Assembly (NCBI GenBank): GCA_007127745.1
Contig: SKYV01000020.1
Location: 62 to 64,061, forward strand
DNA length: 64,000 nt
Reading direction: 5' to 3'
From: Balneolaceae bacterium
Lineage (GTDB): Bacteria; Bacteroidota; Rhodothermia; Balneolales; Balneolaceae
A program made the translations under genes and the position numbers. The notes under the pieces were generated by a model. That model saw nothing but the letters and a program-made list of their open reading frames with translations. It was not told the DNA's origin and made no database searches. Numbering within the stretch: position 1 is the stretch's first letter; each line of letters opens with the position of its first letter. Of the stretch, positions 9,707 through 19,736 are shown piece after piece.

Positions 9707-10870
9707 TTAACGTAAAACTAAATTTGCAAACTTGCGTGTTTCCCGGTCAATATCCTGTAACGCTTCAGGGGTTAATTCCTTATTTGATGTGATATTTCTC
9801 AGGGAAGACTCGATAATTTTGGGTATGTCAATATAACGAATTTCCTTCTCTAAAAATCTGTCAACTGCAACTTCATTGGCCGCATTCAAAACGGCCGGTG
9901 CAAACCCCCCGAGTTTAGCTGATTCTATAGCCAGTTGGAGGCACGGGAACTTCTCAAAATCAACGGGTTTTAACTCGAGATTCATGGAGCTGGTATAGTC
10001 CAGCGTTTCGTTGGGGCAATTTACCCGCTCCGGGTAAGTCAGAGCGTATAAGATAGGAACCTTCATGTCTGGTGGCCCAAGCTGAGCTTTTGAAGAACCA
10101 TCTGAAAACTCAATGATTGAATGTATAATACTCTGCGGATGGATAATGGGTTGAATATGATCAATGGGCAGGCCGAAAAACCACATGGCTTCAATTATTT
10201 CCAGGCCTTTATTCATCATTGTTGAAGAGTCGATGGTGATTTTTGCACCCATCTCCCAGTTGGGGTGGTTCAGTGCGTCCTCAACCGTAATCTGCTCCAT
10301 TTCTTCTCTGGAAAAATCTCTGAAAGGTCCACCACTTGCCGTAATAATTATTTTTTTTATGGTTTCCCTGTTTTCTCCTACAAGGCATTGCAGCATCGCA
10401 GAATGTTCAGAATCTACAGGTATTAGTTTGTTGTCATGAAATGCGGGAAGTTTGGTGAGAATTTCACCGCCTACAACGAGAGACTCTTTATTGGCAAGTG
10501 CTACTTTCTTGTCTCTTTTTAACGCCAGAAAAGTAGACATAAAACCTGCAAAACCCACAAGCGAGTTTAATAGAAGATCATAATCTTCTTCGGCAGCTAC
10601 ATGTTCAAGAATTTCATTGCCATATAAAATATTTCCGGGTTTGTATGCAAGCAGCCTTTCAAACTCACTCTTGTGATTCTTGTTACCAAGTGTAATTACA
10701 TCTGGCCTGAACTGGTTGGCTTGTGCAGCCAGTTTTTCATAATTATTATTTGCCGACAACACTCCCACATCGAACAGTTCCGGCTTTTGATTCAATATTT
10801 CTAAAGCCTGTGTACCGATGGACCCCGTGGAGCCGAATATAGCGATTTTCTGTTTTTGCAATGTTTTCAA
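9707..10870 (-). CDS. dxr: 1-deoxy-D-xylulose 5-phosphate reductoisomerase
   Basis: GSTGSIG, LANKESLV, PVDSEHSA, TASGGPF, HPNWEMGAKITIDS and NAANE; TTG start. Confidence 0.97.
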   Translation of the reverse strand: MKTLQKQKIAIFGSTGSIGTQALEILNQKPELFDVGVLSANNNYEKLAAQANQFRPDVITLGNKNHKSEFERLLAYKPGNILYGNEILEHVAAEEDYDLLLNSLVGFAGFMSTFLALKRDKKVALANKESLVVGGEILTKLPAFHDNKLIPVDSEHSAMLQCLVGENRETIKKIIITASGGPFRDFSREEMEQITVEDALNHPNWEMGAKITIDSSTMMNKGLEIIEAMWFFGLPIDHIQPIIHPQSIIHSIIEFSDGSSKAQLGPPDMKVPILYALTYPERVNCPNETLDYTSSMNLELKPVDFEKFPCLQLAIESAKLGGFAPAVLNAANEVAVDRFLEKEIRYIDIPKIIESSLRNITSNKELTPEALQDIDRETRKFANLVLR

Positions 10871-10904
10871 ATCTGTTAATCAAATCATATAAAATAGAAA
10901 AACT

Positions 10905-11816
10905 TCACTGAAAGTAGGGTAATGATATTTCTACAGCTGCTTTATACATAATAGCATGTGCCTCAATGGTTTCTCTGAGTGTGGGAGCATATCCACCCGA
11001 CAGCAGTAAAACCAGTGGAAACTCTTTTTGGGTAACGCGCTCAATAACCATTCTTTCCCGTTCCTCGAGACCACTTTCTGTTAACGATAATCGTCCAAAA
11101 TGATCGGTCAGGAGAGGATCTATTCCAGCAAGAAAAAAAACAAGATCGGGTGTAAACACACTGAAAATTTTGTTCAGGGCATCGTCCAGTATCTGCACAT
11201 ATTCCCGGTCTTCTGTACCGTCAGGCAGCCCTATGTCATACGTGGAGGGTGGCTTAACAAACGGATAATTTTTCTGACCATGAATCGAAAATGTGTAAAC
11301 ATCTTCATCATCTTCAAAAATTTTGGCAGTTCCGTTTCCCTGGTGTACATCACAATCAATAACCAGAACTTTTTTTACCCATTTAGCGTGCTGAAGCACT
11401 TTAATAGCCACGGCCACATCATTATACACACAAAATCCCTCTCCATAATCAGGCATTGCATGATGGGTACCTCCCGCAAGATTGCCGGATATTCCATCCT
11501 GAAGTGCCATAATACCGGCATTGATTGTTCCCTGTACGGCAAGTCGTGAACGGATAGCAAGATCTTTAGACCAGGGAAGTCCCATTCGTTTGATCTCTTT
11601 TTTAGTCAAATCACCTGTCCAGACTCCGTCACTATAACGTGGAGTATGCACCGTGCAGAGGTTTGCAAAATCTGCCATGGACGGTTCAACAACCTCATTC
11701 GGATGAATGATTTCATTGTTAATAAGGTAATCATGCAATCCTGAGAATTTTTTCATGGGGAAGATATGATCCTCGGGAAGAGGTGCTACATATCCCGGTG
11801 AATAACTGACTCGCAA
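10905..11816 (-). CDS. Histone deacetylase family protein
   Basis: NLAGGTHHA, GEGFCVYND, IDCDVHQGNGT and LLLSGGY; TTG start. Confidence 0.93.
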   Translation of the reverse strand: MRVSYSPGYVAPLPEDHIFPMKKFSGLHDYLINNEIIHPNEVVEPSMADFANLCTVHTPRYSDGVWTGDLTKKEIKRMGLPWSKDLAIRSRLAVQGTINAGIMALQDGISGNLAGGTHHAMPDYGEGFCVYNDVAVAIKVLQHAKWVKKVLVIDCDVHQGNGTAKIFEDDEDVYTFSIHGQKNYPFVKPPSTYDIGLPDGTEDREYVQILDDALNKIFSVFTPDLVFFLAGIDPLLTDHFGRLSLTESGLEERERMVIERVTQKEFPLVLLLSGGYAPTLRETIEAHAIMYKAAVEISLPYFQ

Positions 11817-11822
11817 AATAGT

Positions 11823-12563
11823 TTATGATTTTATTTTTATTAGGCCCAACATTCTGCCAGCCTCTGAGCGTTCTCTTCTGTAGGAAAAAAATCGCCGGTT
11901 TGAAACTGTACACTCAGTTGAACTCTCAATGTTCTCTTCTAACAGGCCGCAGTCCAAAAGTTGATGATAGATGAATTTCTTCAGATCGATGTGAGGTTTA
12001 TTGAAATTTTCCCGGTCACAATATTCGTCCGGAAATTGGGCGGCAACCTCTTCTCCCACTTCAAAATTCTGAAGCGTAATACAGGGGCTGATGTAAACTT
12101 TACAGTTTTTGGGTTCAGCTCGCAACCGCATCATTGTTTCAATACCTTCAGGAACAATTCCTGACACAGCTCCCCGCCATCCGGCATGAAATGCTCCAAT
12201 GATGTTTTTCAACGGATCAGCAACCAGTATAGCTGCACAATCGGCCACCTGAATTCCAAGTGGCAAACCGGGCCGGGCCGTTACAAGACCGTCACAATCC
12301 TCATAAATCCCTGCCTGTTCCACGCAGGCGATGCGATTACCGTGCACCTGCCTTGCCAGGGAAACTTTTTGCTTTTCCCATCCGAGGTGGGCAAACAGTC
12401 GATTAAAATTTTCGGAAATCACCTGATCTTCTTCATCAGTATTAATCCCAAAATTCATTCCCTTCAGTACACCCGTGCTGTTGATCCGGGTTTTATTTGC
12501 TGCCGTAAACAGGCCCTCAATATGTTCTGCATTTCGGAATATTTCTGGATAAATCAGATCCAT
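11823..12563 (-). CDS. pgeF: YfiH/PgeF family (purine nucleoside phosphorylase / peptidoglycan editing factor)
   Basis: QVHG, DGLVT, VADCAAIL, HAGWRG, FEVGEEV and FFSYRRE. Confidence 0.92.
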   Translation of the reverse strand: MDLIYPEIFRNAEHIEGLFTAANKTRINSTGVLKGMNFGINTDEEDQVISENFNRLFAHLGWEKQKVSLARQVHGNRIACVEQAGIYEDCDGLVTARPGLPLGIQVADCAAILVADPLKNIIGAFHAGWRGAVSGIVPEGIETMMRLRAEPKNCKVYISPCITLQNFEVGEEVAAQFPDEYCDRENFNKPHIDLKKFIYHQLLDCGLLEENIESSTECTVSNRRFFSYRRERSEAGRMLGLIKIKS

Positions 12564-12565
12564 AT

Positions 12566-13432
12566 TCAGGATTCAAAATATTTAAGAAGATTCTTTTTGA
12601 TCAACCCGGCAGGAAATGGTTTTCCGGTCCACAGTTCAAACGACTTACTACCTTGATGAATCAGCATATCCAGGCCGTTTATAACCGATGCTCCATTTTC
12701 TTTTGCCACTTTTAAAAACCTGGTTTCAGCAGGATTGTAAATCAAATCGTAACAGAGTTTCCCTTCAAAAAGGAATGCTTCTTCATCTCGAATGGGCATT
12801 TTATCCGTTTTTGGATGCATACCCAGTGGTGTTGTATTTACAAACAGGGAGGCCTCTTCGGCAAAAGACGGCCACTGATCATAGTCGACAACGCGAATTT
12901 CCGGTGGCTGGTTTATTGCTGTTTTTGTTGAAGCACGTCTCGACACAAATACCAGCTCATCAAAACCGATTTGTTGTAATGCCGCTTTCACCGCTCGGCT
13001 CGATCCGCCTGTGCCAAAAATGACTGCCCGGGACAATTCTGTTACGTCCAGGCACGGCTCCAATCCCATTAAAAAACCGTGAGCGTCTGTGTTATATCCA
13101 ATCAGCCGGTTTTCTGATTTGGCGATTGTATTAATCACGCCAATTTCTTCTGCAAAAGAATCGATCTCATCAACCACCTCCATAAACGCTTGCTTATAAG
13201 GTATGGTGACGTTGCAACCTTTAAAATCGGGTTGGTTACACCAGGCAATGAAGTCGGTTATTTCATCCGAGCTCAGATTCACCGACAGATACGTTGCATC
13301 AATTTTATAATAATCAAGTGCAGTTTGATGCATCAGGGGTGAAAGCGAATGGCTGATGGGATTTCCAATCACCAAAAAATGTGATTTTTTGGCGTGAGGG
13401 GAGTTTTTGAAATCCCGGAATTTATGAGTCAT
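12566..13432 (-). CDS. aroE: Shikimate dehydrogenase
   Basis: IGNPISHSLSP, NVTIPYK, INTI, GYNTD, NTTPLGM, YDLIYNP and GLDMLIHQG. Confidence 0.95.
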   Translation of the reverse strand: MTHKFRDFKNSPHAKKSHFLVIGNPISHSLSPLMHQTALDYYKIDATYLSVNLSSDEITDFIAWCNQPDFKGCNVTIPYKQAFMEVVDEIDSFAEEIGVINTIAKSENRLIGYNTDAHGFLMGLEPCLDVTELSRAVIFGTGGSSRAVKAALQQIGFDELVFVSRRASTKTAINQPPEIRVVDYDQWPSFAEEASLFVNTTPLGMHPKTDKMPIRDEEAFLFEGKLCYDLIYNPAETRFLKVAKENGASVINGLDMLIHQGSKSFELWTGKPFPAGLIKKNLLKYFES

Positions 13433-13461
13433 AATTTTGAATCTATCAGCCGATAAAAGAC

Positions 13462-13496
13462 AAAAAAAATGCGTTCCGGAGAAAACCGAAACGCAT
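13462..13496 (-). terminator. Intrinsic terminator of the SRPBCC gene
   Basis: The minus strand reads ATGCGTTTCGG-TTTTCT-CCGGAACGCAT followed by a T run: an 11-bp stem with one G-U pair, 23 nt after the stop. Confidence 0.8.
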
Positions 13497-13518
13497 CAAA
13501 TCTGTATCGTGCCTTACA

Positions 13519-13995
13519 TCAGGCAGTTACTTCGCTTTCTGTTTTAACAGAATCTTCAGACTCTTCGTCTTTAAATGTATCTGATTCTGCAAGCTCTTTA
13601 AAAGTTTCGAGGTCTTTCTTTAACTGCTCAGGCAGGCCCTCAATAAAGTTTGCGAGATCTTCTTCAGCTTCACCAAAAAATGTTCGATAATCGAGCGAGA
13701 AATCAACCCTTGTTCGTGTGCCGTTGTTTAACGGAGTAAAACGAATGGTTCCGGTCTGGTTCAGATTACCGTTAATGGTAATCCAGGCGAACCGGGTATT
13801 TCTCAGATTATCAATAATATTGGTAGTCCACTGAAACTCTTCACCACCAATATCGGTTGAGTAGTTAAATGTTTGAGAATTAACTTTTTCAACTTTATCG
13901 ATGCGATGAAGAAATTTAGGAAAGTGAACGGGGTTACATAATAACTCGTAAACTTTGGCTAAAGGTAAGTCTACTTCTATTCTTTCGTGCGCCAT
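13519..13995 (-). CDS. SRPBCC/START (polyketide cyclase-like) family protein
   Basis: IEVDLPLAKVYELL..P..FPKFL, FAWITING...GTIRFTP..GTRTRV and DLETFKELAE. Confidence 0.85.
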   Translation of the reverse strand: MAHERIEVDLPLAKVYELLCNPVHFPKFLHRIDKVEKVNSQTFNYSTDIGGEEFQWTTNIIDNLRNTRFAWITINGNLNQTGTIRFTPLNNGTRTRVDFSLDYRTFFGEAEEDLANFIEGLPEQLKKDLETFKELAESDTFKDEESEDSVKTESEVTA

Positions 13996-14112
13996 AAGTA
14001 TATTAACTTCGGGAATGAAAAGTTTTGATTCAGAGTTGGGTTGAAAAGTTGCAGATAATATATTTCCACAATGCTTTAAATTTACGCATATTTTGGTTAA
14101 GCTTCAATAATT

Positions 14113-15495
14113 TTGAGAATAAACATTCAAAATAAATCCCTCTTTAGGGGTATCAAATTTCAGTCTTTCTCTTTTCTGTTACAGTGTATCATTCTCTATT
14201 TGATACCAGCTCAAGGTGTTGCTCAAACCGACCTCAGAGGGTATGCACAAAACTATAGTGCACTGCAAACAACAGATAATTATGAAATAATCTCATCAAG
14301 AAACCGGCTGCAGTTGCAATTAAGCCGCTCAGCAAATTTTGGAAGATTATACGCTGAATTGGATCTGACTCAGCGTTATCACGGAAAGTGGGATATCGAA
14401 TTACTATTAAAAGAGCTCTATGTAGATTGGTTTTTGAGTGAGTATGATATTCGGATTGGGTATCAAAAAGTGAATTGGGGCCGGGCAGATGCCGCTTTTG
14501 TCACCGATATACTCACACCACTGGATTTACGTGAGTTTGTGACTGAAGATCCTGCCGACTTACGTCTTGGAATCAACGCCATTTCGGTTGAACGGTATTT
14601 TGGACCCAACTCCTTTCAGCTGATTTTCAGTCCAATTTTTCAGCCTCATCTATTGCCAGATCCCGATTCCAGATGGTTTCCTGTCCAGGAAATTGATACA
14701 CCGTTTGCCGTTCAGTTTGATCAGGCTGAGCGAAGCAACACAGTCCGGAATATTCAGCTTGCTGCACAATACAGATGGCGTTCGTTTTCCCGGCTTGATC
14801 TCGATTTTATGCTCATGCGCTGGACCTATCCCATCCCAGCCTATTCTGTTGATCTTGAATTATTTGATTTCCCAAATTCGCCATCGATTACACTCAGGGA
14901 GGAATATCAAAACTCCTTCATGGTGGGATTTTCAGGTTCACTGCAAATAACCGATCGATTGATACTGGAATCGGAGGCACTTTTTGTGAAAGACCGGTTG
15001 TTTACATCCCTCCCCTTTTCACCCGATCTTGTTGATGATTTTACATCAAATCTGCCTGCTTTTTTTGAATTGATTCAAAACCTGAATTTCCAGGATAATG
15101 AGACAGTCGCCAATAAACCTTGGCTTCACACAATGGCTGGCTTGCAGGCCGATCTGGGCGGTACAACCATTCGAACTCAGGCCCATCTCGAATCTATTTT
15201 ACAGTACGATGAAGAAATTATCTCTGAGCAATTATTCCCCTATTTTTCTTTATTGGCAACCCGATCTTTATTGAGAGACCGGCTTCAGCTTTTTGCCCTG
15301 ACAAGATATCAACCCAAAGGCGAAGATTTCTGGTTTCAGTTTCAGGGAACATACGAACTGGCTGACGGTTTTGAGCTGAGCCTTGGTACAAACCTTTTCG
15401 GCGGGGTCGATCCCCCCTCTTTGTATGGTCATTTTTCATTTTATCCCTACAGGCAAAACAGCTCTCTTTTCTACAGATTTACCTTCTATTTTTAA
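14113..15495 (+). CDS. Outer-membrane beta-barrel protein, DUF1302-like
   Basis: Signal peptide, ELYVDW, DIRIGYQKVNWGRAD, DILTPLDLREF, and C-terminal RFTFYF with terminal Phe. Start uncertain (TTG). Confidence 0.72.
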   Translation: MRINIQNKSLFRGIKFQSFSFLLQCIILYLIPAQGVAQTDLRGYAQNYSALQTTDNYEIISSRNRLQLQLSRSANFGRLYAELDLTQRYHGKWDIELLLKELYVDWFLSEYDIRIGYQKVNWGRADAAFVTDILTPLDLREFVTEDPADLRLGINAISVERYFGPNSFQLIFSPIFQPHLLPDPDSRWFPVQEIDTPFAVQFDQAERSNTVRNIQLAAQYRWRSFSRLDLDFMLMRWTYPIPAYSVDLELFDFPNSPSITLREEYQNSFMVGFSGSLQITDRLILESEALFVKDRLFTSLPFSPDLVDDFTSNLPAFFELIQNLNFQDNETVANKPWLHTMAGLQADLGGTTIRTQAHLESILQYDEEIISEQLFPYFSLLATRSLLRDRLQLFALTRYQPKGEDFWFQFQGTYELADGFELSLGTNLFGGVDPPSLYGHFSFYPYRQNSSLFYRFTFYF

Positions 15496-15560
15496 ATTCC
15501 GGGAATTGATTTTCTGTCAGCCGGGTTCATTTACCTGATAAAAATATGAATATTTGATAC

Positions 15561-17855
15561 GTGAAGAAATTTGGCCAATTTATAATCGCAAATCCGAGAT
15601 TGGTTTTTTTCGGGTTGATTATACTCTCATTATCGGCTGTATATCCGGCACTGAACATACGAACGGATTTTAATCTTGAGGGTTTCTATCCGGAAGATGA
15701 TGTTGTCATTGATAATTATCGGATTCTCGAAGAAGAATTTGGCCGTGATGACAATTCCATTCTCATCGGGTTTAAAACGGATTCTCTATTCACTAAAAAG
15801 GTGCTTCGGGAGTTGTATCAGATCACCGAAGAACTGGATCAGATATCTTTTATTGAAGATGTTTTCTCACTCTGGAGTGCTCAAAATATCAGGGCTGAGA
15901 ATACAATGCTTTCCTTCGAACCCTATCTTGACATTAACTCTATCCATAAAGCCGATCTGAATCAACTTAAATCCGAAATTACTTCAGATCCTTTCATCAA
16001 CGGGTTATTTGTAAATAGTGAAGGAACCTCAACAGCCATCGTCCTGGCTATCGATGAAGATGAAAATACATATGCCAATCGTAACATTATCATTGGCCAA
16101 ATCAATGATATACTGGCCGGATATGAACATTTATTCACCTTTCATATATCGGGAATTCCTTATTTCCGTAATCAATATGTAAACCTTCTGAACAGTGAAA
16201 TTCTAAACTACATTTTCATTTCTTCGGCACTTATCATATTGCTTTTATGGTATTTGTATCGAACCATTTGGGGTGTGCTTTTCCCGATGATTATTGTGTG
16301 GAGCACACTTCTTTTTACCGTTGCCCTGATGCATCTGACCGGTGGGTACCTGGAAATTATGAGCAGTACAATTGCACCAATTTTGTTATGTGTTGGAGTG
16401 GCCGATGCCGTACACATGATCTCAAAATATGATGATGCCAGAGAAGCGGGGCACGGCAAGAAATTTTCGATTATAGAGATGCTGAAAACTCTGGGAAGTG
16501 CAACTTTTCTTACCAGTATCACTACAGCCATAGGTTTTGCTTCGTTATTGAGCAGTACGGTTGTACCTATGAAAAAATTCGGATTGTACACTGCAATAGG
16601 TGTTTTACTGGCTTATCTGATCACCATTATTTTTCTTCCTGCAGCTTTGAGTATTTCCCGTAAAAAACGGGTAGTTAACGAAAAAACGGGTTCATTTTAT
16701 CCGCTGATACACGGCTGGCTCCATAAGATCACGGCTTTTAATCGGATGCATTATGGAAAAATTTTAATCGGCGGAGTGACCATAACACTTATTTTTGCAA
16801 GCGGCATGAAAACGCTCAATGTTGACGCCAAGGTATTTGATGACGTTAGCGAGAACACCCGGCTCATACAAGACAGCCGTTTTTTTACCAAAGAGATTGC
16901 ACCACAATTTCCGATGGAATTTATTATCGATTCAGGAGCAGCAGATGGAGCGCTATCGGTAAATATGCTGCAAAGGGCTTTTCATCTGGAGGAAAAACTA
17001 CTCTCTTACCCCGAAATTCACCGTGTCACCGGGCTCCATACATTGATTGCGGAAGTGCATCCTCTTCTTTCCGGCCGGGAGTCTGATACTGTAAGAAATA
17101 TACCTGATTCCAATCAGGCGATAGCTCAATATATTTTGTTGCTCGAAATCAGTGAGGCTGAGCAGCTTTATCGTTTGGTTGATTTTGACTACAGAAAATT
17201 GAGAATTACTGCATTAGCAGAAGATGCCGGTTCTCAGAGAATTAATGAAATTCGCGAAGAGGTTGAACAGCATTTGACCCATTTATTTCCCGGGGAAGAT
17301 GTGATCATCACCGGAACAACCATTTTAAGTGCAGACCTTACAGAGAAAATTGTTTATTCGCTGGCCTGGAGTATCATTCTTGCCCTAACGGCAATTACAC
17401 TTATTATGGTTTTACTTTTTAAAAACATCCGTCTCATTCTCATTGCGCTTGTCCCGAACGTTCTGCCGCTGATTGTAGTGGGTGGAATAATGGGTTTTAT
17501 GAATATCGATATCAAACCTTCTACAGCCGTAATTTTTACTATTGCATTGGGAATTGCCGTTGACGACAGCATACACTATCTGGCAAGGTTCAGAATCGAA
17601 TATCTTCGCAGAAAAGCAATGTTTCCGGCCCTCAGAGCTACAACCATCAGAACAGGCCGTGCAATCATTATTACCAGCCTCATTTTAATTGCAGGATTTG
17701 GCACGCTGATTACCAGTGCTTTTACATCTACTGCCATGATGGGAGTACTGGTCTGTTCAACTATTTTTGCCGCCTTGGTGGCCGACCTGTTTATACTTCC
17801 TTCCATGTTTTATTGGCTGCGCCCTGTTCTCGGGATTGTAAAAAATCCCCGATAA
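15561..17855 (+). CDS. MMPL/RND family exporter
   Basis: Two TM repeats with GVADAVH and GIAVDDSIH, and two periplasmic loops; GTG start. Confidence 0.92.
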   Translation: MKKFGQFIIANPRLVFFGLIILSLSAVYPALNIRTDFNLEGFYPEDDVVIDNYRILEEEFGRDDNSILIGFKTDSLFTKKVLRELYQITEELDQISFIEDVFSLWSAQNIRAENTMLSFEPYLDINSIHKADLNQLKSEITSDPFINGLFVNSEGTSTAIVLAIDEDENTYANRNIIIGQINDILAGYEHLFTFHISGIPYFRNQYVNLLNSEILNYIFISSALIILLLWYLYRTIWGVLFPMIIVWSTLLFTVALMHLTGGYLEIMSSTIAPILLCVGVADAVHMISKYDDAREAGHGKKFSIIEMLKTLGSATFLTSITTAIGFASLLSSTVVPMKKFGLYTAIGVLLAYLITIIFLPAALSISRKKRVVNEKTGSFYPLIHGWLHKITAFNRMHYGKILIGGVTITLIFASGMKTLNVDAKVFDDVSENTRLIQDSRFFTKEIAPQFPMEFIIDSGAADGALSVNMLQRAFHLEEKLLSYPEIHRVTGLHTLIAEVHPLLSGRESDTVRNIPDSNQAIAQYILLLEISEAEQLYRLVDFDYRKLRITALAEDAGSQRINEIREEVEQHLTHLFPGEDVIITGTTILSADLTEKIVYSLAWSIILALTAITLIMVLLFKNIRLILIALVPNVLPLIVVGGIMGFMNIDIKPSTAVIFTIALGIAVDDSIHYLARFRIEYLRRKAMFPALRATTIRTGRAIIITSLILIAGFGTLITSAFTSTAMMGVLVCSTIFAALVADLFILPSMFYWLRPVLGIVKNPR

Positions 17856-18438
17856 TGGCAACGATCTCATCGTGAATTGCCTCCGGCTTTTGTTCGGCAT
17901 CCAGCACATGGAATCGGCTCTCCCCTTTTGCAAGTTGATCGTATCCGTCTGAAACCGATTTAAAAAAGTTGCTTCCTGCATTTTCCATTCGGTCTTTAGA
18001 ACCTGAAGAAATTCGATTAGCTGCTGCTGCCGGATCGATTTTGAGATAAAAAGTGAGATCTGGTTTTATGGTATGTGCAGCCAATCGGTTCAGGGTGTGA
18101 ATACTTTTCAGATCGGCTGAACCTCGCCCAAACCCCTGATAGGCTGTTGTGGAATCAAAAAACCGATCGAGTATAACGATGTGATTTTTTTTTAAAAGAG
18201 GAATAACTTTTTCGCTGATGAGCTGGGAGCGTGCTGCCGAAAAAAGAAGCAGTTCAGTCACCGGATCCATATCGTGGGTTTCGTGTAACAGCAGAGAGCG
18301 AATTTTTTCAGAAATAGCCGTACCGCCCGGTTCTCTGAAAACAGAAAAAACAATTCCCTTTTCATTAAAATGTAATTTCAACAGATTTATCTGAGTGGAC
18401 TTTCCACACCCGTCAATTCCTTCAAAAGATATCAGCAA
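17791..18438 (-). CDS. tmk: Thymidylate kinase
   Basis: FEGIDGCGKSTQ, REPGGT, ELLLFSAAR and DRFFDST.AYQG. Confidence 0.96.
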   Translation of the reverse strand: MLISFEGIDGCGKSTQINLLKLHFNEKGIVFSVFREPGGTAISEKIRSLLLHETHDMDPVTELLLFSAARSQLISEKVIPLLKKNHIVILDRFFDSTTAYQGFGRGSADLKSIHTLNRLAAHTIKPDLTFYLKIDPAAAANRISSGSKDRMENAGSNFFKSVSDGYDQLAKGESRFHVLDAEQKPEAIHDEIVAIIGDFLQSREQGAANKTWKEV

Positions 18439-18449
18439 AATGTTGGAGA

Positions 18450-19097
18450 TTAGGATTTAAAGTCGTCCATTTCGTAAACCGGTTCTTTTGGCATGGCAAG
18501 AGCCAGTGCAATATAAACCAAAATAAAGGTACTTGAACTCAAAAAGACAGCCGCAACAAAAATCAGCCGCATAACGGTAGAGCTTATTCCCAGATGTTTG
18601 GCCAGTCCACCGCACACACCGGCAATTTTTTTATCGGTTCTGGATTTTGTGAGCTTGTTGGAAGTTTCAACCCTGAAGGAGTCATAGGATTTTTTAGATG
18701 AAGCTCCCTTTTTCATAGATTTATCCTTGTACAGGAATTCATCCAGCTTATCGTATGTTTCCTTTACTTTTTCCTGCTCTTTATACTCCACAACATCTTT
18801 TTTTCGACTCTTTGTAAACATACTGATCATCAAAACAGCCAGAATTGCCCCGCCAAAATAGGGTGCCATCCGGATTATGCCATCAATAAATGGAATGGAT
18901 CCCATTCCCATGATTTCAGTACCGACTGTATGGCCTACAAAAGTAGCCGATAACAGTACCAATACCAGGCCGGTAACAGTAGAAAAATTCCAGATACTTT
19001 CGGCGGGTTTCTTCTCTTTCTCTTCCAAAAATTCATTCAATGTGTTGTGAAGATCCTGTTGAGAAATATTTAATGTTTTTTCCATTTCTGGTGTCAT
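18450..19097 (-). CDS. PspC domain-containing membrane protein
   Basis: C-terminal KLTKSRTDKKIAGVCGGLAKHLG..R (PspC) and two N-terminal TM helices. Confidence 0.88.
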   Translation of the reverse strand: MTPEMEKTLNISQQDLHNTLNEFLEEKEKKPAESIWNFSTVTGLVLVLLSATFVGHTVGTEIMGMGSIPFIDGIIRMAPYFGGAILAVLMISMFTKSRKKDVVEYKEQEKVKETYDKLDEFLYKDKSMKKGASSKKSYDSFRVETSNKLTKSRTDKKIAGVCGGLAKHLGISSTVMRLIFVAAVFLSSSTFILVYIALALAMPKEPVYEMDDFKS

Positions 19098-19162
19098 AGC
19101 CCAATTATTTAATTTTTCTTTTCAAATCGTACGCAGAAAAAGGCCCTACTGTTTCGGAATAC

Positions 19163-19723
19163 TCAATCAAACCGTTCGGTTTCCGTAATGATAATATCCA
19201 TAGGCACATCGTAAGGGTCAACCGGTATTTTTTGATCGTTGAGCAAACAAGAAAACAGCAATCCCATTTTTATGGAGTCACACTGGCTTAAAAATCGATC
19301 GTAGTAGCCTTTACCGTAGCCCACTCTGTTTTTGAACCTGTCTCCGGCAACCATTGGCACCAGAATTAAGTCCAGCTCTTTAAGATTTGCTTCATCATCT
19401 GTTTTCGGTTCCGGAACATTCCAGTGGTTTGGAACAAGATCATCCATAGAGTGCAGAAAAATATGTCTCAGTTTCTGATGGTCAGCCATTTTGGGGACAA
19501 CTACTTTTTTACCATCCTCAAGACATTGCCGTATTAAATCGTGCGTGTGTACTTCCTTGTTTTCTGTAATGGAAACATAACAGTGGATGGTGCCGGCATT
19601 TTTGTACTCTTCGGATTGCAAAACTCTTTGTGCAATCAAACGGCTGTTATCTGAAACGTACTGTTTCGATAAGCTTTTTCTGATGGTTAAAAATTTTCTG
19701 CGAAGCTTACTTTTCTCACCCAA
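19163..19723 (-). CDS. 5-formyltetrahydrofolate cyclo-ligase
   Basis: KSKLR, EVHT..LI, DLILVP.VA.D...RVGYGKGYYDRFL and D.IITE. Confidence 0.94.
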   Translation of the reverse strand: MGEKSKLRRKFLTIRKSLSKQYVSDNSRLIAQRVLQSEEYKNAGTIHCYVSITENKEVHTHDLIRQCLEDGKKVVVPKMADHQKLRHIFLHSMDDLVPNHWNVPEPKTDDEANLKELDLILVPMVAGDRFKNRVGYGKGYYDRFLSQCDSIKMGLLFSCLLNDQKIPVDPYDVPMDIIITETERFD

Positions 19724-19736
19724 TGGCTATCGGATT

